DNA from: Saccostrea cucullata | Taxonomy: Eukaryota | Direction of reading: 5' to 3' | Length of the DNA: 64,000 bases | Assembly: GCF_032062105.1 (NCBI RefSeq) | Contig: NW_026926577.1 | Span: forward strand, 186,001-250,000 | In this document: piece after piece, positions 63,749-64,000 of the stretch | Position numbering within the stretch: the stretch's first letter is position 1 | Layout of the letters: every line of letters starts with the position of its first letter | Made by a program: the position numbers and the translations under genes | Notes under the pieces: model-generated | The model's input: only the letters and a program-made list of their open reading frames with translations | The model's database searches: none | Told to the model about the DNA's origin: nothing

Positions 63749-64000
63749 CCATAATGCTACAGATCTGCAGCTATTAGAGCCTATGAGTAATTGATGGACC
63801 TTCTAAGTTGGAACCCACAGTTAATATGGTACTCATTGGTTTCCACCTTGACAGGGAGATTTGAACCTTCAAAGCAAGAATCAACTCCTTTCTTCTCAAT
63901 TCTGAAATGAAAGTTCTAACCCCTGTAACACATGGGTGACTGACAATGTTGACTCAGGGCAGTGAACAGGTAGATTCCTCTGTTCATCACTTAACACCTC

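Overview
AT-rich, intron-rich animal genomic DNA, most likely an oyster or related bivalve (inferred from the Helentron/HINE-type repeats with internal ~167-bp satellite units). I reconstructed five protein-coding genes by hand from splice sites and reading phase. (1) The 5' part of a CECR2-like chromatin factor on the minus strand (18 exons, ~738 codons, continuing leftward past 10107). (2) A two-exon secreted/GPI-type six-cysteine gene on the plus strand, apparently nested in a CECR2 intron. (3) A QSER1/PRR12-like DUF4211 gene on the plus strand, head-to-head with CECR2. (4) FDXACB1 on the plus strand. (5) A minus-strand gene fusing a CUE-like domain and an RNF216-type RING1-IBR module to an H-Y-I mono-ADP-ribosyltransferase (PARP) domain that sits where RING2 should be. 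Introns carry many nested non-autonomous transposons: HINE-like, hAT with 8-bp TSDs, TTAA-flanked, and TA-flanked MITEs. The most notable observations are the RBR-PARP fusion, a miniature LTR element with tRNA-like heads inside its LTRs, 13 consecutive symmetric phase-2 exons in CECR2 including a tandem exon duplication, and a repeat array of perfect AGGTCAnnnTGACCT palindromes. All homology calls come from motif recognition, not database searches.
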